Source of the DNA: Terrimicrobiaceae bacterium
GTDB lineage: Bacteria > Verrucomicrobiota > Verrucomicrobiia > Chthoniobacterales > Terrimicrobiaceae
Reading direction: 5' to 3'
Length of the DNA: 52,680 bases
NCBI GenBank assembly: GCA_041752695.1
Contig: JBGSVZ010000100.1
Coordinates: 1-52,680, forward strand
The position numbers and the translations under genes were made by a program. Below the pieces are notes generated by a model, which saw only the letters and a program-made list of their open reading frames with translations, was not told the origin of the DNA and did no database searches. This document shows, in pieces, positions 1 to 9,455 of the stretch (position 1 is the stretch's first letter; each line of letters opens with the position of its first letter).

Positions 1-429
1 GCCGCCGAGGCCAATCAAAACCTGGCTCAGGCCGCGCAAAATGCCGCCCAAAGAAACGCCGAGGGGGCCCAGGCGCAAACCGAAGCCGCCGCCCAAGCCA
101 TCGCTGAAGCTCAGGCCGGTCTCGCGGAGGCCATGGCGCAAACCCCGGGAATGAACCAGATGGCCATGGCAGCCGGCACGCAGGTTTCGGAGAATGCCGA
201 GGGCCAGGGAAAAAATCCCCAGTCGAAGGCCAATGGTAATGGTGGCCCGTCCGGGGACAATCTTGTCGGAGCGGGAGACAAGGGCGAGCCTGTAGCCGTG
301 GTGGAGGGCCTCACCCCGCAAGACCGCAGCGCCGTGGCCCAGTTGCAAAACGAAAAACCGCCGCGTGAATTCGTTCCCGAGGTGCAGCAGTATTATAAAA
401 ACATCGCGGACGGAGTAGGACGGCAATGA
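1..429 (+). CDS. Partial (5' truncated) C-terminus of a large Ala/Gln-rich helical protein (DUF4175-like tail)
   Basis: Frame is open from base 1 to the stop at 429. It has A/Q-rich helical repeats and the terminal '...PPREFVPEVQQYYKNIA' typical of such proteins, and overlaps the next gene by ATGA. Confidence 0.6.
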   Translation, partial: AAEANQNLAQAAQNAAQRNAEGAQAQTEAAAQAIAEAQAGLAEAMAQTPGMNQMAMAAGTQVSENAEGQGKNPQSKANGNGGPSGDNLVGAGDKGEPVAVVEGLTPQDRSAVAQLQNEKPPREFVPEVQQYYKNIADGVGRQ

Positions 430-1145
430 AGGCGATTCTACGCGTCCTGTTTTTGGCCCTGTTGGTTCTGCGCGTTGATGCTGCCGACGACGAAACCCAG
501 TTCGGTTCCTCCAAACGCACTGCGGGTGCGCTCATCGGCATCCTTTACGATTTTAAGCAGGACCAGAAGCGCCAGAAGCTGCCGATGGACCGGGACTTCT
601 TCGAGCGTAGCGTCGCGCAGTTTGTCGAGAGCGGCTACGACGAAGGTCTCATCAACAAATACTACCGTGTCCCCCGTGCGCTCTACACCACGCAGCTGCA
701 AATCCCCACGATCGATGCCGACGCTGCCCCCAAGGCCTTCGGCGTGGAAAAAACGGTCGAACCGCAGAAATGGATGGTCCACTACAAAGGCCAGATCGCC
801 GCACCCGAAGACGGCACGTATCGATTTCTTGGCAACTCCGACGATTTTGTCATTGTTGCGATCAACGGAAAAACCTCCCTCGTCGCTGAAATGCCTGGCA
901 CGCCAATGGGCGTAAAGTGGTTTGCCAAGGAAGCCGCCCCGCGTGACTTTCAGGCTGCCGGCGACTGGATCGAATTCCGCGCCGGAGAACCGGTTGATAT
1001 CGACATCCTCACCGGAGAATCCCCCGGCGGACAATACCGCTGCATGCTCTCCATCCAAAAGAAAGGCGGACAGCCGGTGCCGTTCCAGTTGTCCGTCAGC
1101 AAAGAAACCCCGGCCGGCGCGCGGCCTTGGCGGGGGATCCCGTAG
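426..1145 (+). CDS. Secreted hypothetical protein with PA14-like beta-sandwich
   Basis: Signal-peptide-like N-terminus. 'VHYKGQIAAPEDGTYRFLGNSDD' resembles the PA14 GxIxxPxxGxYxFxxxSDD motif. Confidence 0.6.
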   Translation: MKAILRVLFLALLVLRVDAADDETQFGSSKRTAGALIGILYDFKQDQKRQKLPMDRDFFERSVAQFVESGYDEGLINKYYRVPRALYTTQLQIPTIDADAAPKAFGVEKTVEPQKWMVHYKGQIAAPEDGTYRFLGNSDDFVIVAINGKTSLVAEMPGTPMGVKWFAKEAAPRDFQAAGDWIEFRAGEPVDIDILTGESPGGQYRCMLSIQKKGGQPVPFQLSVSKETPAGARPWRGIP

Positions 1146-1154
1146 TCCACAAGT

Positions 1155-1274
1155 TGGTAGGGATGCATGGCTCATCTGTGCGTCGACGGACGTCTGGGCC
1201 AGTTGCTCCTGTTTCGCAGTCCCCTTCGGACTGCCTGCGGCAGGCTATCTCGCCGGGCTCGATTGTCCCTACCA
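1155..1274. repeat. GTAG-type REP/REPIN-like inverted repeat element between convergent genes
   Basis: Terminal inverted repeats TGGTAGGGA (1155-1163) and TCCCTACCA (1266-1274). They enclose a 40-bp repeat also found at 47282-47321. Confidence 0.55.
1222..1261 (-). repeat. Dispersed 40-bp palindromic repeat, copy 1 (core GCCTGCCGCAGGC)
   Basis: Reverse complement is 34/40 identical to 47282-47321 by manual alignment. Confidence 0.75.
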
Positions 1275-1279
1275 GCCTC

Positions 1280-2143
1280 TCAATTCAACTCCACCGCGCC
1301 CGACGGGATGCCCTCCAGACTGAGGGCGCCGGTGAAGGAGGGTTCCGCCGCCACGCGCGCGAGGGGAATGCCGTGACGGCGGGTCTCGGCGCGCCAGAGG
1401 TCGAAGTGGTTGCGGTACGTTTCCGTGTAAAACCGCAGGTCTTCGTTATGGAAACGCAGGTCGCGTTTTCTGCCTCCCTCGCAGTCAAGAAGTTCGGTGT
1501 TGCCCAGCCAGTCGGGCTGAGTTTCTGCGTGGCAGTGGGGAGCGAGAATGATGGCCCGGCCGCGACCGGAGAGGAGCGGCGGGACGAGGGTTTCCGGCGG
1601 GCCCGGAAAAAGGAGGTCGCTGATGAGGACGCGCAGCGAGGCGGCGCGCCAGGGGATGCGGTGGAGTTCGGGCGGGTCGGCAGAGGCCGACTCCGCGAGA
1701 TCGTTCCATCCCCCCATTGGTTCGTGAAGCTTTACTGTCGGCCCATGAACGGAAAACAGCCGCACGGCGGCCCCGGACCGCAGGGCGCTCTCCAGGCAGA
1801 ACCAGGCGAGTTCGAGCGATCTGCGGGCCTTGTGCTCGTCGAAAAACATGGAGGCCGAGGCATCAAGGACGATGTCCGCGATGGGGCGCACCTCCTCGCG
1901 GTAAAGTTTCATCGTGTAGTGCCCGCTGCGCGCGTAGGCCTGCCAATCGATGTGGCGGGGGTCGTCGCCCGGCACATAAGGTCGGTGGTCCTGAAAATCA
2001 ATCGAGCTGCCTGCGCCGGAGCCGGAAACATTTCCGGTCGTGCGGCGCAGGCCAAGCTTGAGCGGGAGCGACAGACGCTCCGAAGCCGCGCGCATGAGCG
2101 CGCGGATGTCAGACGGTTGGTGCTGGATGTTCGATTTTTTCAA
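1280..2143 (-). CDS. DUF58 domain-containing protein (MoxR/vWA-associated family)
   Basis: Motifs GSSIDFQDHRPYVPGDDPRHIDW, KLYREE, DASASM and LISD. Confidence 0.9.
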   Translation of the reverse strand: MKKSNIQHQPSDIRALMRAASERLSLPLKLGLRRTTGNVSGSGAGSSIDFQDHRPYVPGDDPRHIDWQAYARSGHYTMKLYREEVRPIADIVLDASASMFFDEHKARRSLELAWFCLESALRSGAAVRLFSVHGPTVKLHEPMGGWNDLAESASADPPELHRIPWRAASLRVLISDLLFPGPPETLVPPLLSGRGRAIILAPHCHAETQPDWLGNTELLDCEGGRKRDLRFHNEDLRFYTETYRNHFDLWRAETRRHGIPLARVAAEPSFTGALSLEGIPSGAVELN

Positions 2144-2175
2144 ATCTTAAATCCCACAACCAACCTCTTACATTC
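2103..2175. repeat. Imperfect hairpin with ~7-nt periodic arms, copy 1; overlaps the DUF58 5' end
   Basis: GGATGTCAGACGGTTGGTGCTGGATGTTCGATTT pairs imperfectly with AAATCTTAAATCCCACAACCAACCTCTTACATTC. It ends in TCTTACATTC, like the copy at 38962-39040. Confidence 0.55.
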
Positions 2176-3339
2176 CTAGAGGGTCTTGCAGAACTCTTCG
2201 ATCCGATCGAGGCCGGTCTTGATCACGTCGAGGCTGGTGGCGTAGCTGAGGCGGACGGTGCGGTCGTCGCCGAAGGCGATGCCAGGCACCACGGCCACGT
2301 TGGCCTTGCTGAGCAGACGGTCGGCGAAGTTTTGGGACTTGAGGCCGAGGCTGCTAATATTGATCAAAACGTAAAACGCACCGAGCGGGGTGACGGCGCT
2401 AAGGCCGCTAATGCTGTTGACGCGTTCGCACATGTATTGGCGGCGAATGTCAAATTCCTCGCGCATGTCCGCCACGCACTGCTGGTCGCCTTTGAGGGCG
2501 GCGAGGGCGCCTTTTTGCGCAAACGAACAGGGGTTCGACGTGCTGTGGCTCTGCATGGAATTGATCGCGCGGGCAATGGGCTCGGGCGCGCCGAGGTAAC
2601 CCATGCGCCAACCGGTCATGGCGTAGGCTTTCGAGAAACCATTCACCGTGATGGTGAGGTCGTAGGCTTCAGGGGTGAGGGAGGCGATGCTGACGTGCTC
2701 GGCTCCGTCGTAGGTGAGTTTCTCGTAGATTTCGTCGGAGAGGATGTAGATGTCCTCTTCAGCGGCGATTTCAGAAATGGCGCGGAGTTCCTCGCGGGTG
2801 TACACGGAACCGGTCGGGTTGCCGGGCGAGTTGAGGATGATCATCTTCGTGCGCGGGGTCATCGCGTTTTCAAAGTCCTCCGCGGTGATTTTCCAGGCGT
2901 TTTCCTCGCTGGTCTGGACAAAGACGGGCTCCGCACCCGCGAGGCGAACCATTTCCGGGTAGCTCAGCCAGTAAGGGGCGGGGATGATGACTTCGTCGCC
3001 GGGATCGCAGACGGCCGAGATGGCATTGTAGCAGGACTGCTTTGCGCCGTTGCTGACGATGATCTGGCTGGGTTTGTATTCCAGATTGTTGTCGGCCTTG
3101 AATTTATCGGAGATCGCCTGGCGAAGTTCGGGCATGCCGGAACTCGGGGTGTATTTGGTGAAACCGTTTTGCAGCGCTTCAATGGCCGCGGCCTTGATGT
3201 GCTCGGGAGTGTCCATATCGGGCTCACCGGCTCCAAAGCCGCACACGTCAACGCCTTCGGCCTTGAGGGCTTTGGCCTTGCTGTCGATGGCGAGAGTCAG
3301 GGACGGGGTGAGTTCTTGGACGCGATTGGCGAGTTGCAT
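2176..3339 (-). CDS. aspC: Aspartate aminotransferase (PLP-dependent class I/II)
   Basis: Motifs GEPD, NSPGNPTG, SDEIY and the PLP-lysine motif NGFSKAYAMTGWRMG. Confidence 0.9.
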   Translation of the reverse strand: MQLANRVQELTPSLTLAIDSKAKALKAEGVDVCGFGAGEPDMDTPEHIKAAAIEALQNGFTKYTPSSGMPELRQAISDKFKADNNLEYKPSQIIVSNGAKQSCYNAISAVCDPGDEVIIPAPYWLSYPEMVRLAGAEPVFVQTSEENAWKITAEDFENAMTPRTKMIILNSPGNPTGSVYTREELRAISEIAAEEDIYILSDEIYEKLTYDGAEHVSIASLTPEAYDLTITVNGFSKAYAMTGWRMGYLGAPEPIARAINSMQSHSTSNPCSFAQKGALAALKGDQQCVADMREEFDIRRQYMCERVNSISGLSAVTPLGAFYVLINISSLGLKSQNFADRLLSKANVAVVPGIAFGDDRTVRLSYATSLDVIKTGLDRIEEFCKTL

Positions 3340-3345
3340 GGTGTC

Positions 3346-4506
3346 TTACGAGAGGTGGGAGTTGAGGAGTTGTTTGAGAGTGTTTTCCGTTACGCGGATA
3401 ATGTCCATCTCGCGCTTCGCATTTTCGGGCGAGTCGGAGGCATGGGCGGCGTTGATCATCATGGACTGACCAAATTCGCGGCGGATGGTGCCGGAAGGAG
3501 CCTTGGAAGGATCGGTGGGTCCCAGGATGGTGCGGATCTTCTGCACGGCATCCACGCCCTGGTAGACAATGGCCACACATTTTTCCGAACCGGGTTCGTC
3601 GCGCTGATCCTGCGGGCTTTGCGAGGGGCGGGTGCCGCACATGAACTGGACGATGTTTTCCCAGTGGTTGCGGCCGGCGATGGGTCCCATGAGGGCTCCA
3701 AGCTGCTTTTCGGCCTCCGCGGAGAGTGGCACCCCGAATTCTTCTTCGACCGCCATCCGGGCGCGTTTGCCGCTGGGTTCGCAGAGTTTGTCCATCAGGA
3801 CGTCCAGCACAGGCCCGTAAAAGGCCTCTGCCTGCGCCACGCTCATGTGATGGACCTTCAGGCCGATGATAAACAGGCCGGACCGGGAAAACAGATCGAT
3901 CACGCCGCCGGGTCGAGCGTTGGGGAAACGGAAGTTGTCCGGTTTGATCAGGACGAGCGTCTTCTCGACGTTCTCACCGGCCGGGAGGGCGATCACGTCA
4001 TCGAGGATGCCACCGTCGGAGTCGGAATATTTCGCCCAGATGGCGAGATGCTGGCGGGCAGTGGCCACGTCGGGCGGCGTGAGGACCGCCGGTTCAAAGT
4101 AGGTGACCACGCCGTCCTCGACAAGATAGTCGCCATAGGTGTCGCGAATGGTTTCGCCACTGGTGCGCTCGTGGACGATGTGGCCGACCACAGTGCGGGT
4201 TTTCAGCACGGCGTTCTCACCTTTGAGGACCAGCAACAAAACGCGTTGCTTCTGACCGTCGGGGCCGGGGGAAAGCTTTTTCAGGATATATTCGCGGATC
4301 AGCTCCTGGGTGCGGCGGTGACGTTCGTCGGTTTCCGTGACGGTGGCCGCCGCGAATTCCGCGACAAGTTCTTCGCCGGGAGCGAACATCCGCCCTGCCA
4401 CCAGCTCAAGGCCGGAACGGGAGAGCAGGCGCGAAACGATCCCCCCGGTCCGCGATTTGCGGATCGAATATGGAGTGATCAGGACGTAGGACAGCTCTTC
4501 GGGCAT
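3346..4506 (-). CDS. ndk: Nucleoside diphosphate kinase, long two-domain form
   Basis: C-half has EKTLVLIKPD, GPTDP, GTIRREFG and NAAHASDS (catalytic His). The N-half is a degenerate NDK-like repeat. Confidence 0.85.
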   Translation of the reverse strand: MPEELSYVLITPYSIRKSRTGGIVSRLLSRSGLELVAGRMFAPGEELVAEFAAATVTETDERHRRTQELIREYILKKLSPGPDGQKQRVLLLVLKGENAVLKTRTVVGHIVHERTSGETIRDTYGDYLVEDGVVTYFEPAVLTPPDVATARQHLAIWAKYSDSDGGILDDVIALPAGENVEKTLVLIKPDNFRFPNARPGGVIDLFSRSGLFIIGLKVHHMSVAQAEAFYGPVLDVLMDKLCEPSGKRARMAVEEEFGVPLSAEAEKQLGALMGPIAGRNHWENIVQFMCGTRPSQSPQDQRDEPGSEKCVAIVYQGVDAVQKIRTILGPTDPSKAPSGTIRREFGQSMMINAAHASDSPENAKREMDIIRVTENTLKQLLNSHLS

Positions 4507-4714
4507 GAATTTTTCCGCCCGGACGGGGCGTTTTGACCGGTCAAGAGCGGGTCGGAAAACCTACTGGGGCACGGGAGAAGGCGTCAACTCCGAAAGCGGA
4601 GGAAATTTCGGGGGAGCGGATCTCTTGTCTCCGCTCACCAGACGGGAAGGAAAAATCAGATCATTTTTCCCGGCGGCTTCGTCTCTCTCTTGAAGCTTAA
4701 TCTTATCCCCACCC

Positions 4715-5647
4715 ATGAAATCGCTACGCGTCATTTTTCCTCTCCTCGCATTTGTCCTGACGTCAGTCCCAGGCTTCGGCCAGAAATCTCCTGCGGGCCT
4801 GACCAGCCGCCTGGAGATTCCTGCGGCAGAATTCACGACCGGCGGTCCGGCGGTGGAGCCCGCCCGCTCATTTCCCGCCACCTTCGAGTTGTCGAACCAG
4901 AGTTCTGCGCCCGTGAAAGTGGAGTTGACCGACACCGCCAAGATCGCCTTTCGGTTGTTGAACAGCAATGGCGATGTCCTTTGGACTTCCGAGGAAGTGC
5001 TCATGGAAGAAAGAGGATCGAGCGGGACGCTGGGTGTGGGCCAATCCTGGAAACGTACGATCCAGATCCCGCTTTTCCTTGAGGACAGTCAACTTGAGAT
5101 CGGGCGTTATTCTGTCGAGGCCTTTGTCCCCGGTGCGCCGGAATACACCAGCGTGTCGTCGTTTCAAATGAGCTACGACGTGGTGGTGACGGCCAGTTCC
5201 CTGCCGCCCGTGCTTTCGTCGCGGAAATGGGGGGTGTCGAATACCCTCACGGTTGCGGACTCGCGGGTCATCGTGGGGCTGCGCCGCGGAGACAATGTCC
5301 GGCTCTCCGGCGTCGTGAGCGCCACGTTTTCCCTGGCCAACCAGACGTCGGGGAACATGGCTTTTTCCTTCCCGGATTCGGGTTCGAGCCAGCGCAAGAT
5401 CGGATTCTCCCTGCTCGATGATGAAGGGAACGTAATCTGGAAATCGGACACGGGCCTGATCAGTCTCCCGGTGCTGGTGGATTCGACTCTGCTGGCTGGC
5501 AAAACCTGGAGCCGCACGATCGACATTCCGCTCCATACGGATGGTTCGGCATTGCCGGAAGGATATTACACGATCGTCGGCCAGGTGGACGGCAGCCCGG
5601 CCTATCGCTCGGCCACCACGATCCGGGTGGTTAATCGCGCGCGGTAG
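4715..5647 (+). CDS. Secreted protein with two tandem Ig-like (BsuPI-like) domains
   Basis: Signal peptide, then an internal duplication of ATFxLxNQ...KIxFxLLxxxGxVxWxS...TLxxGxxWxRTIxIPL...GxY. Confidence 0.6.
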   Translation: MKSLRVIFPLLAFVLTSVPGFGQKSPAGLTSRLEIPAAEFTTGGPAVEPARSFPATFELSNQSSAPVKVELTDTAKIAFRLLNSNGDVLWTSEEVLMEERGSSGTLGVGQSWKRTIQIPLFLEDSQLEIGRYSVEAFVPGAPEYTSVSSFQMSYDVVVTASSLPPVLSSRKWGVSNTLTVADSRVIVGLRRGDNVRLSGVVSATFSLANQTSGNMAFSFPDSGSSQRKIGFSLLDDEGNVIWKSDTGLISLPVLVDSTLLAGKTWSRTIDIPLHTDGSALPEGYYTIVGQVDGSPAYRSATTIRVVNRAR

Positions 5648-5660
5648 AAATCCTGGGATT

Positions 5661-6515
5661 TCAGGGCTTTCTGCGGAACTGGCAGATCCCGGCGCACCAT
5701 TTGCCGCGGGGGATGACACGGGGTTTGGTGAATCCGGCTTTTTCCAACGTGGCCGAAACTTCTGGGGCCTGTTTTTTCAAGACGCCGGAAAAAATAAACC
5801 ACCCGCCTGCTTTGGTGGCCTTGGCGATGCGTGGTGTGGCCGAGATAAGCACCTCGCTGAAAAGATTGGCCAGCACGACGTCGAATGGCTTTCCGGGTTT
5901 CCACTCCAGAACGTCGCCCGCAGTTACGGCGATTTTCCGGGTGCGATTTTTGCGGGCGTTTTGTTTGGCAATGCGGACGGCGGCAGGGTCGTAGTCGATC
6001 GCCTCCACGTCGCTCGCGCCAAAAACTTCGGCGGCAATGGCGAGAATTCCGCTGCCCGTGCCCAGATCGAGCGCGCGATAGCCCGCGGGGAGGTCCGGAG
6101 CGAGATCGGCGAGGAGCCTCAGGCAGGTCGCGGTGGTGGCGTGTTCTCCCGTGCCGAAAGCCATCCCGGCGGGGACAAGGATGCCGGGCGGATTTTTTCC
6201 TCCGTCCCGCCAGGCCAGCCAGGTGGGTTCGTCCGAATAGACCTTCAGCTTGCCCCGGATGGCCAGCGGTCCGCGCGGCCGATCGGGATCGCCGGTCCAG
6301 ATGTGGGCTGCGATCTTGGTCGCGCGGCCGCCGAACCGTTTCACCAGCTGTTTGGCCGTTTTTTCCTCGCAATACGCTTCAATCTTCAAGGCGCGGGAGT
6401 CCGGCCAGGTGATGAACGCGAGTTGGTCCGGGCTCAGAAAACGCAGGCGTTCCACCCAGGCGTCCTCCCATTTGACGGAACTGAGGCGGGTCCAGCGATG
6501 GAGATTTTTGATCAC
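5661..6515 (-). CDS. prmA: Ribosomal protein L11 methyltransferase
   Basis: Motifs PAGMAFGTGEHATT, LDLGTGSGILAI and VVLAN. Confidence 0.9.
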   Translation of the reverse strand: MIKNLHRWTRLSSVKWEDAWVERLRFLSPDQLAFITWPDSRALKIEAYCEEKTAKQLVKRFGGRATKIAAHIWTGDPDRPRGPLAIRGKLKVYSDEPTWLAWRDGGKNPPGILVPAGMAFGTGEHATTATCLRLLADLAPDLPAGYRALDLGTGSGILAIAAEVFGASDVEAIDYDPAAVRIAKQNARKNRTRKIAVTAGDVLEWKPGKPFDVVLANLFSEVLISATPRIAKATKAGGWFIFSGVLKKQAPEVSATLEKAGFTKPRVIPRGKWCAGICQFRRKP

Positions 6516-6646
6516 CGGGAGACCATGACAGAGCGCGGCGAAGAGGAAATTCCGAAATGCAGGCGGTGCCCGAAGAACCGACCAGGCCCTGCGGAAAATG
6601 AGGGAGGGCCGGCCGGAAGTCCGCCGCCGATTCGAATCACTCTGTC

Positions 6647-8140
6647 ATGACGACCAACAGCGAGAGCCTGAACTTCGGCCAATTCCGCGTACTGCTGCGG
6701 GACGACGGTTCGCCCTGGATCCTGGGCCGCGGGGCCATGGGAGTGACCTACCTGGCGATCAATACCTCGCTCGACTGTCAGGTTGCCCTGAAGGTTATCG
6801 ATTCGAGTCGGATGGTTTCTGAAGAAGACGAAAAGCGTTTCACGCGGGAAGCGAGGACCATGGCTGCGCTCCGCCACAAGAACATTGCGACGGTCTTTCA
6901 TCTGGGGAAGGAAGACGGCCAGTTTTTCTATGCGATGGAAATCATCGACGGCGAAAATTTGCAGGAATTTGTCAGCCGCTCTGGCCCGATGCCAGTTGAC
7001 GCGGCACTGCGGGTGACGCTGCAGATCAGTCAGGCTCTGATCGCGGCTGACCGGCAGCACATGGTGCATCGCGATGTGAAGCCCGCCAATATTATGATCG
7101 TTCCGGACGCGGACGAAGATGCCTGGCCGTTTGTGAAGCTCATCGATTTTGGCGTGGTCCGCCCGGTTTCCGCCCCGGAAGGCGCCTCGTATGCGACGAT
7201 GCCTGGCTTCGTGGGAACGGCCCAGTTCGCCAGCCCGGAGCAAATTCAGGAGCACGCGGTCGATGCCAGGGCGGACATCTATTCGCTGGGATGCACCCTG
7301 TGGTATCTGCTTGTGGGTTCGCCTCCTTTTGAGGGGTCGCTGGCCCATGTTTTCCACCAACATTTGAACGTTGAACCTCGCTGGTTTGAACTCGACCACT
7401 ACCCCAAAGCTGTCGTCGAGCTTCTCGGTGGGATGCTGGAAAAACACCCTCAACGACGATTGGGTCCCCTCGAAGTTAAACGGGAGGTGGCGCTCCTTCT
7501 GACCGACGTCACCCTGCAGGCCCCTCCGGGTGCCGCCCTTGATCGGGCGGGGCTTTCTCCGCGTTGGCGCACAGCGGTTCTGGCGCGTTCGCGTTTGCTC
7601 ATGATCCTGGCCTGCACGTTCGTCCTTTTTTTCATGGTCTTGCGGGCTGCCTGGCAGGAGACTCCCCGTTCGGAGCGTCACTTGAAGCAATCGCCGATGG
7701 CAAAAGCGCCCACGGTCTGGGAAATCAAAGATCCTGCAGAAGCGGTGCCGTCACCCGGGTGGACGTATCTTGCGGCGGGTTATCCGGCGTCGAATTATCT
7801 GGGTTCTTCGCGCCGGATTTCGTTGGCCAGAACGGCCGTCCCGAGGCTCCTGCCCCCAGGCGACACCCTGGGGTGGTCCACCGTCGATCGGGCGGCAATC
7901 CGCGGGGAAATCCCGACGTTTGTGATGGGAAACCCCTTCGACGCCCCGATTTTTCTCAGCGAAGTTTCCGTGTTTGGAGGCGATCTGGAGGTGACGCTTG
8001 AAAGTGCGTCCGTCCGCGAATCGGTGGCGGAGCAAAAAACTCCCGCGCGATCAAAGGGAAGGGCCGAGGAATCCAGTCCCCGCCAGGAAATTGACCGCGC
8101 CCGCCGGAACATTGAGCGAACCTTGCGGAAGCTCTTTTGA
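6647..8140 (+). CDS. Hanks-type Ser/Thr protein kinase with TM segment and unknown C-terminus
   Basis: Motifs LGRGAMG, VALK, HRDVKPAN, DFG, GTAQFASPE and DIYSLG. Hydrophobic segment LLMILACTFVLFFMVL. Confidence 0.9.
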   Translation: MTTNSESLNFGQFRVLLRDDGSPWILGRGAMGVTYLAINTSLDCQVALKVIDSSRMVSEEDEKRFTREARTMAALRHKNIATVFHLGKEDGQFFYAMEIIDGENLQEFVSRSGPMPVDAALRVTLQISQALIAADRQHMVHRDVKPANIMIVPDADEDAWPFVKLIDFGVVRPVSAPEGASYATMPGFVGTAQFASPEQIQEHAVDARADIYSLGCTLWYLLVGSPPFEGSLAHVFHQHLNVEPRWFELDHYPKAVVELLGGMLEKHPQRRLGPLEVKREVALLLTDVTLQAPPGAALDRAGLSPRWRTAVLARSRLLMILACTFVLFFMVLRAAWQETPRSERHLKQSPMAKAPTVWEIKDPAEAVPSPGWTYLAAGYPASNYLGSSRRISLARTAVPRLLPPGDTLGWSTVDRAAIRGEIPTFVMGNPFDAPIFLSEVSVFGGDLEVTLESASVRESVAEQKTPARSKGRAEESSPRQEIDRARRNIERTLRKLF

Positions 8141-8213
8141 GGCGTTGACAAACTCCTGGTCGCCGCATCCCCCGTCTTGATCCGAAAGCGCGCTTGCGCG
8201 AGAGTGCGCGCCT

Positions 8214-9335
8214 GTGAAACGCGCCCAATTGATCATCGCCTCCAGCGAGGCCTCCGCAGACCTCTTGTACGTCACGAAATTCCGGGCGCCGGATGACTTC
8301 GTTTTTCTGGACGCGAAAGGCAGGAAGGCGCTGCTGCTGAGCGACCTGGAGGTGGACCGCGGACGCCGCGAGGCGCAGGTGGATGAGGTGGTGGCCTATT
8401 CCGAACTGGAGAAGAAAATCCAGGGCGGGAGAAAACGCAAACCCGCCTTCGCGAAAGTCGTCGCGGCGTTTTTGAAGAAGCGAGGGGCCAGAAGTGTGGT
8501 GGTGCCGGCGAATTTTCCACTCGGCTACGCCCGTCAGCTTAAGAAAGAAGATATCAAAGTCCGCCCTGTCGAGGGGGCGTTTTTTCCGGAGCGCCAGATC
8601 AAAACCCCGCCGGAGGTTGAAGCAATCGAAGCCGCCCTGCGCGTCACCGAGGCTGGCATGGCCCGGGGAATCGAAGTCCTCAAGGCGTCGGCGATTCGCA
8701 AGGATGGCAAGCTCGGCTGGAATAAACGCGTGCTCACCGCGGAAATCCTCCGCCAGGAAATTGAGGTCGCCATCGTCCGGGCGGGTGGCGAAGCCCGGGG
8801 CGACTGTATTGTGGCCTGCGGCGACCAGGCGTGCGATCCCCACGAACGGGGAAGCGGCCCGCTGGTGGCTCATCAATTGATCATCCTCGACATTTTCCCG
8901 CGCGATGCCCGGAGCGGATATTTCGGCGATATGACCCGCACCGTCGTTCGTGGAACGGCCAGCGAGGCGCAGCGCAACCTTTGGGAAACCTGCCTCGAAG
9001 GTCAGCACCGCGCGCTGGAGGCCATGAAACCCGAGGCTCCGGGGCTGGCCATCCATGAAGGGATCAAACGGTTTTTTGCCGAAAGCGGCTACCCCACCGA
9101 AATCAGGGAGGGACGCTGGCAGGGATTTTTTCACGGCACCGGACATGGACTCGGTTTGGAAATTCACGAGACGCCACGGTTTTCCGCGACGAAATTCCAG
9201 CCCGGCCAGGTGATCACCGTCGAGCCTGGTATCTACATCCCCGGCCTTGGCGGCGTGCGCCATGAGGACGTGGCACTGGTGACGGCGGATGGGAACCGCC
9301 TGCTGAGCAATTTTCCCAAACCCCTGGAGATCTAG
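8214..9335 (+). CDS. Xaa-Pro peptidase, M24B family
   Basis: Motifs ILDIFPR, GYFGDMTRT, HGTGHGLGLEIHE, TVEPGIY and GVRHED. Confidence 0.9.
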   Translation: MKRAQLIIASSEASADLLYVTKFRAPDDFVFLDAKGRKALLLSDLEVDRGRREAQVDEVVAYSELEKKIQGGRKRKPAFAKVVAAFLKKRGARSVVVPANFPLGYARQLKKEDIKVRPVEGAFFPERQIKTPPEVEAIEAALRVTEAGMARGIEVLKASAIRKDGKLGWNKRVLTAEILRQEIEVAIVRAGGEARGDCIVACGDQACDPHERGSGPLVAHQLIILDIFPRDARSGYFGDMTRTVVRGTASEAQRNLWETCLEGQHRALEAMKPEAPGLAIHEGIKRFFAESGYPTEIREGRWQGFFHGTGHGLGLEIHETPRFSATKFQPGQVITVEPGIYIPGLGGVRHEDVALVTADGNRLLSNFPKPLEI

Positions 9336-9394
9336 ACACGAATTTTCAAGATTGGACGGAGCGAGAAAAATTCCTTCCTTCCAAATTCGTGTCT
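9334..9394. repeat. Hairpin element with AGACACGAATTT terminal inverted repeats, copy 1
   Basis: Perfect 12-bp inverted repeat (9334-9345 / 9383-9394). Same ends as the element at 24460-24541. Confidence 0.7.
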
Positions 9395-9455
9395 CAATTT
9401 TTTGAACGTCGGTTTCGTTTGCTTGTCGGAAACTCTGAACTAAATTCACGAGATT

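Noticed and set aside
1280..2143. DUF58 gene without an adjacent MoxR ATPase
   Set aside because: Partners may lie just outside the left edge or elsewhere; cannot be judged from this window.
2332..4536. 734-aa plus-strand ORF
   Set aside because: Antisense shadow of aspC and ndk with no motifs; long shadow ORFs are expected at high GC.
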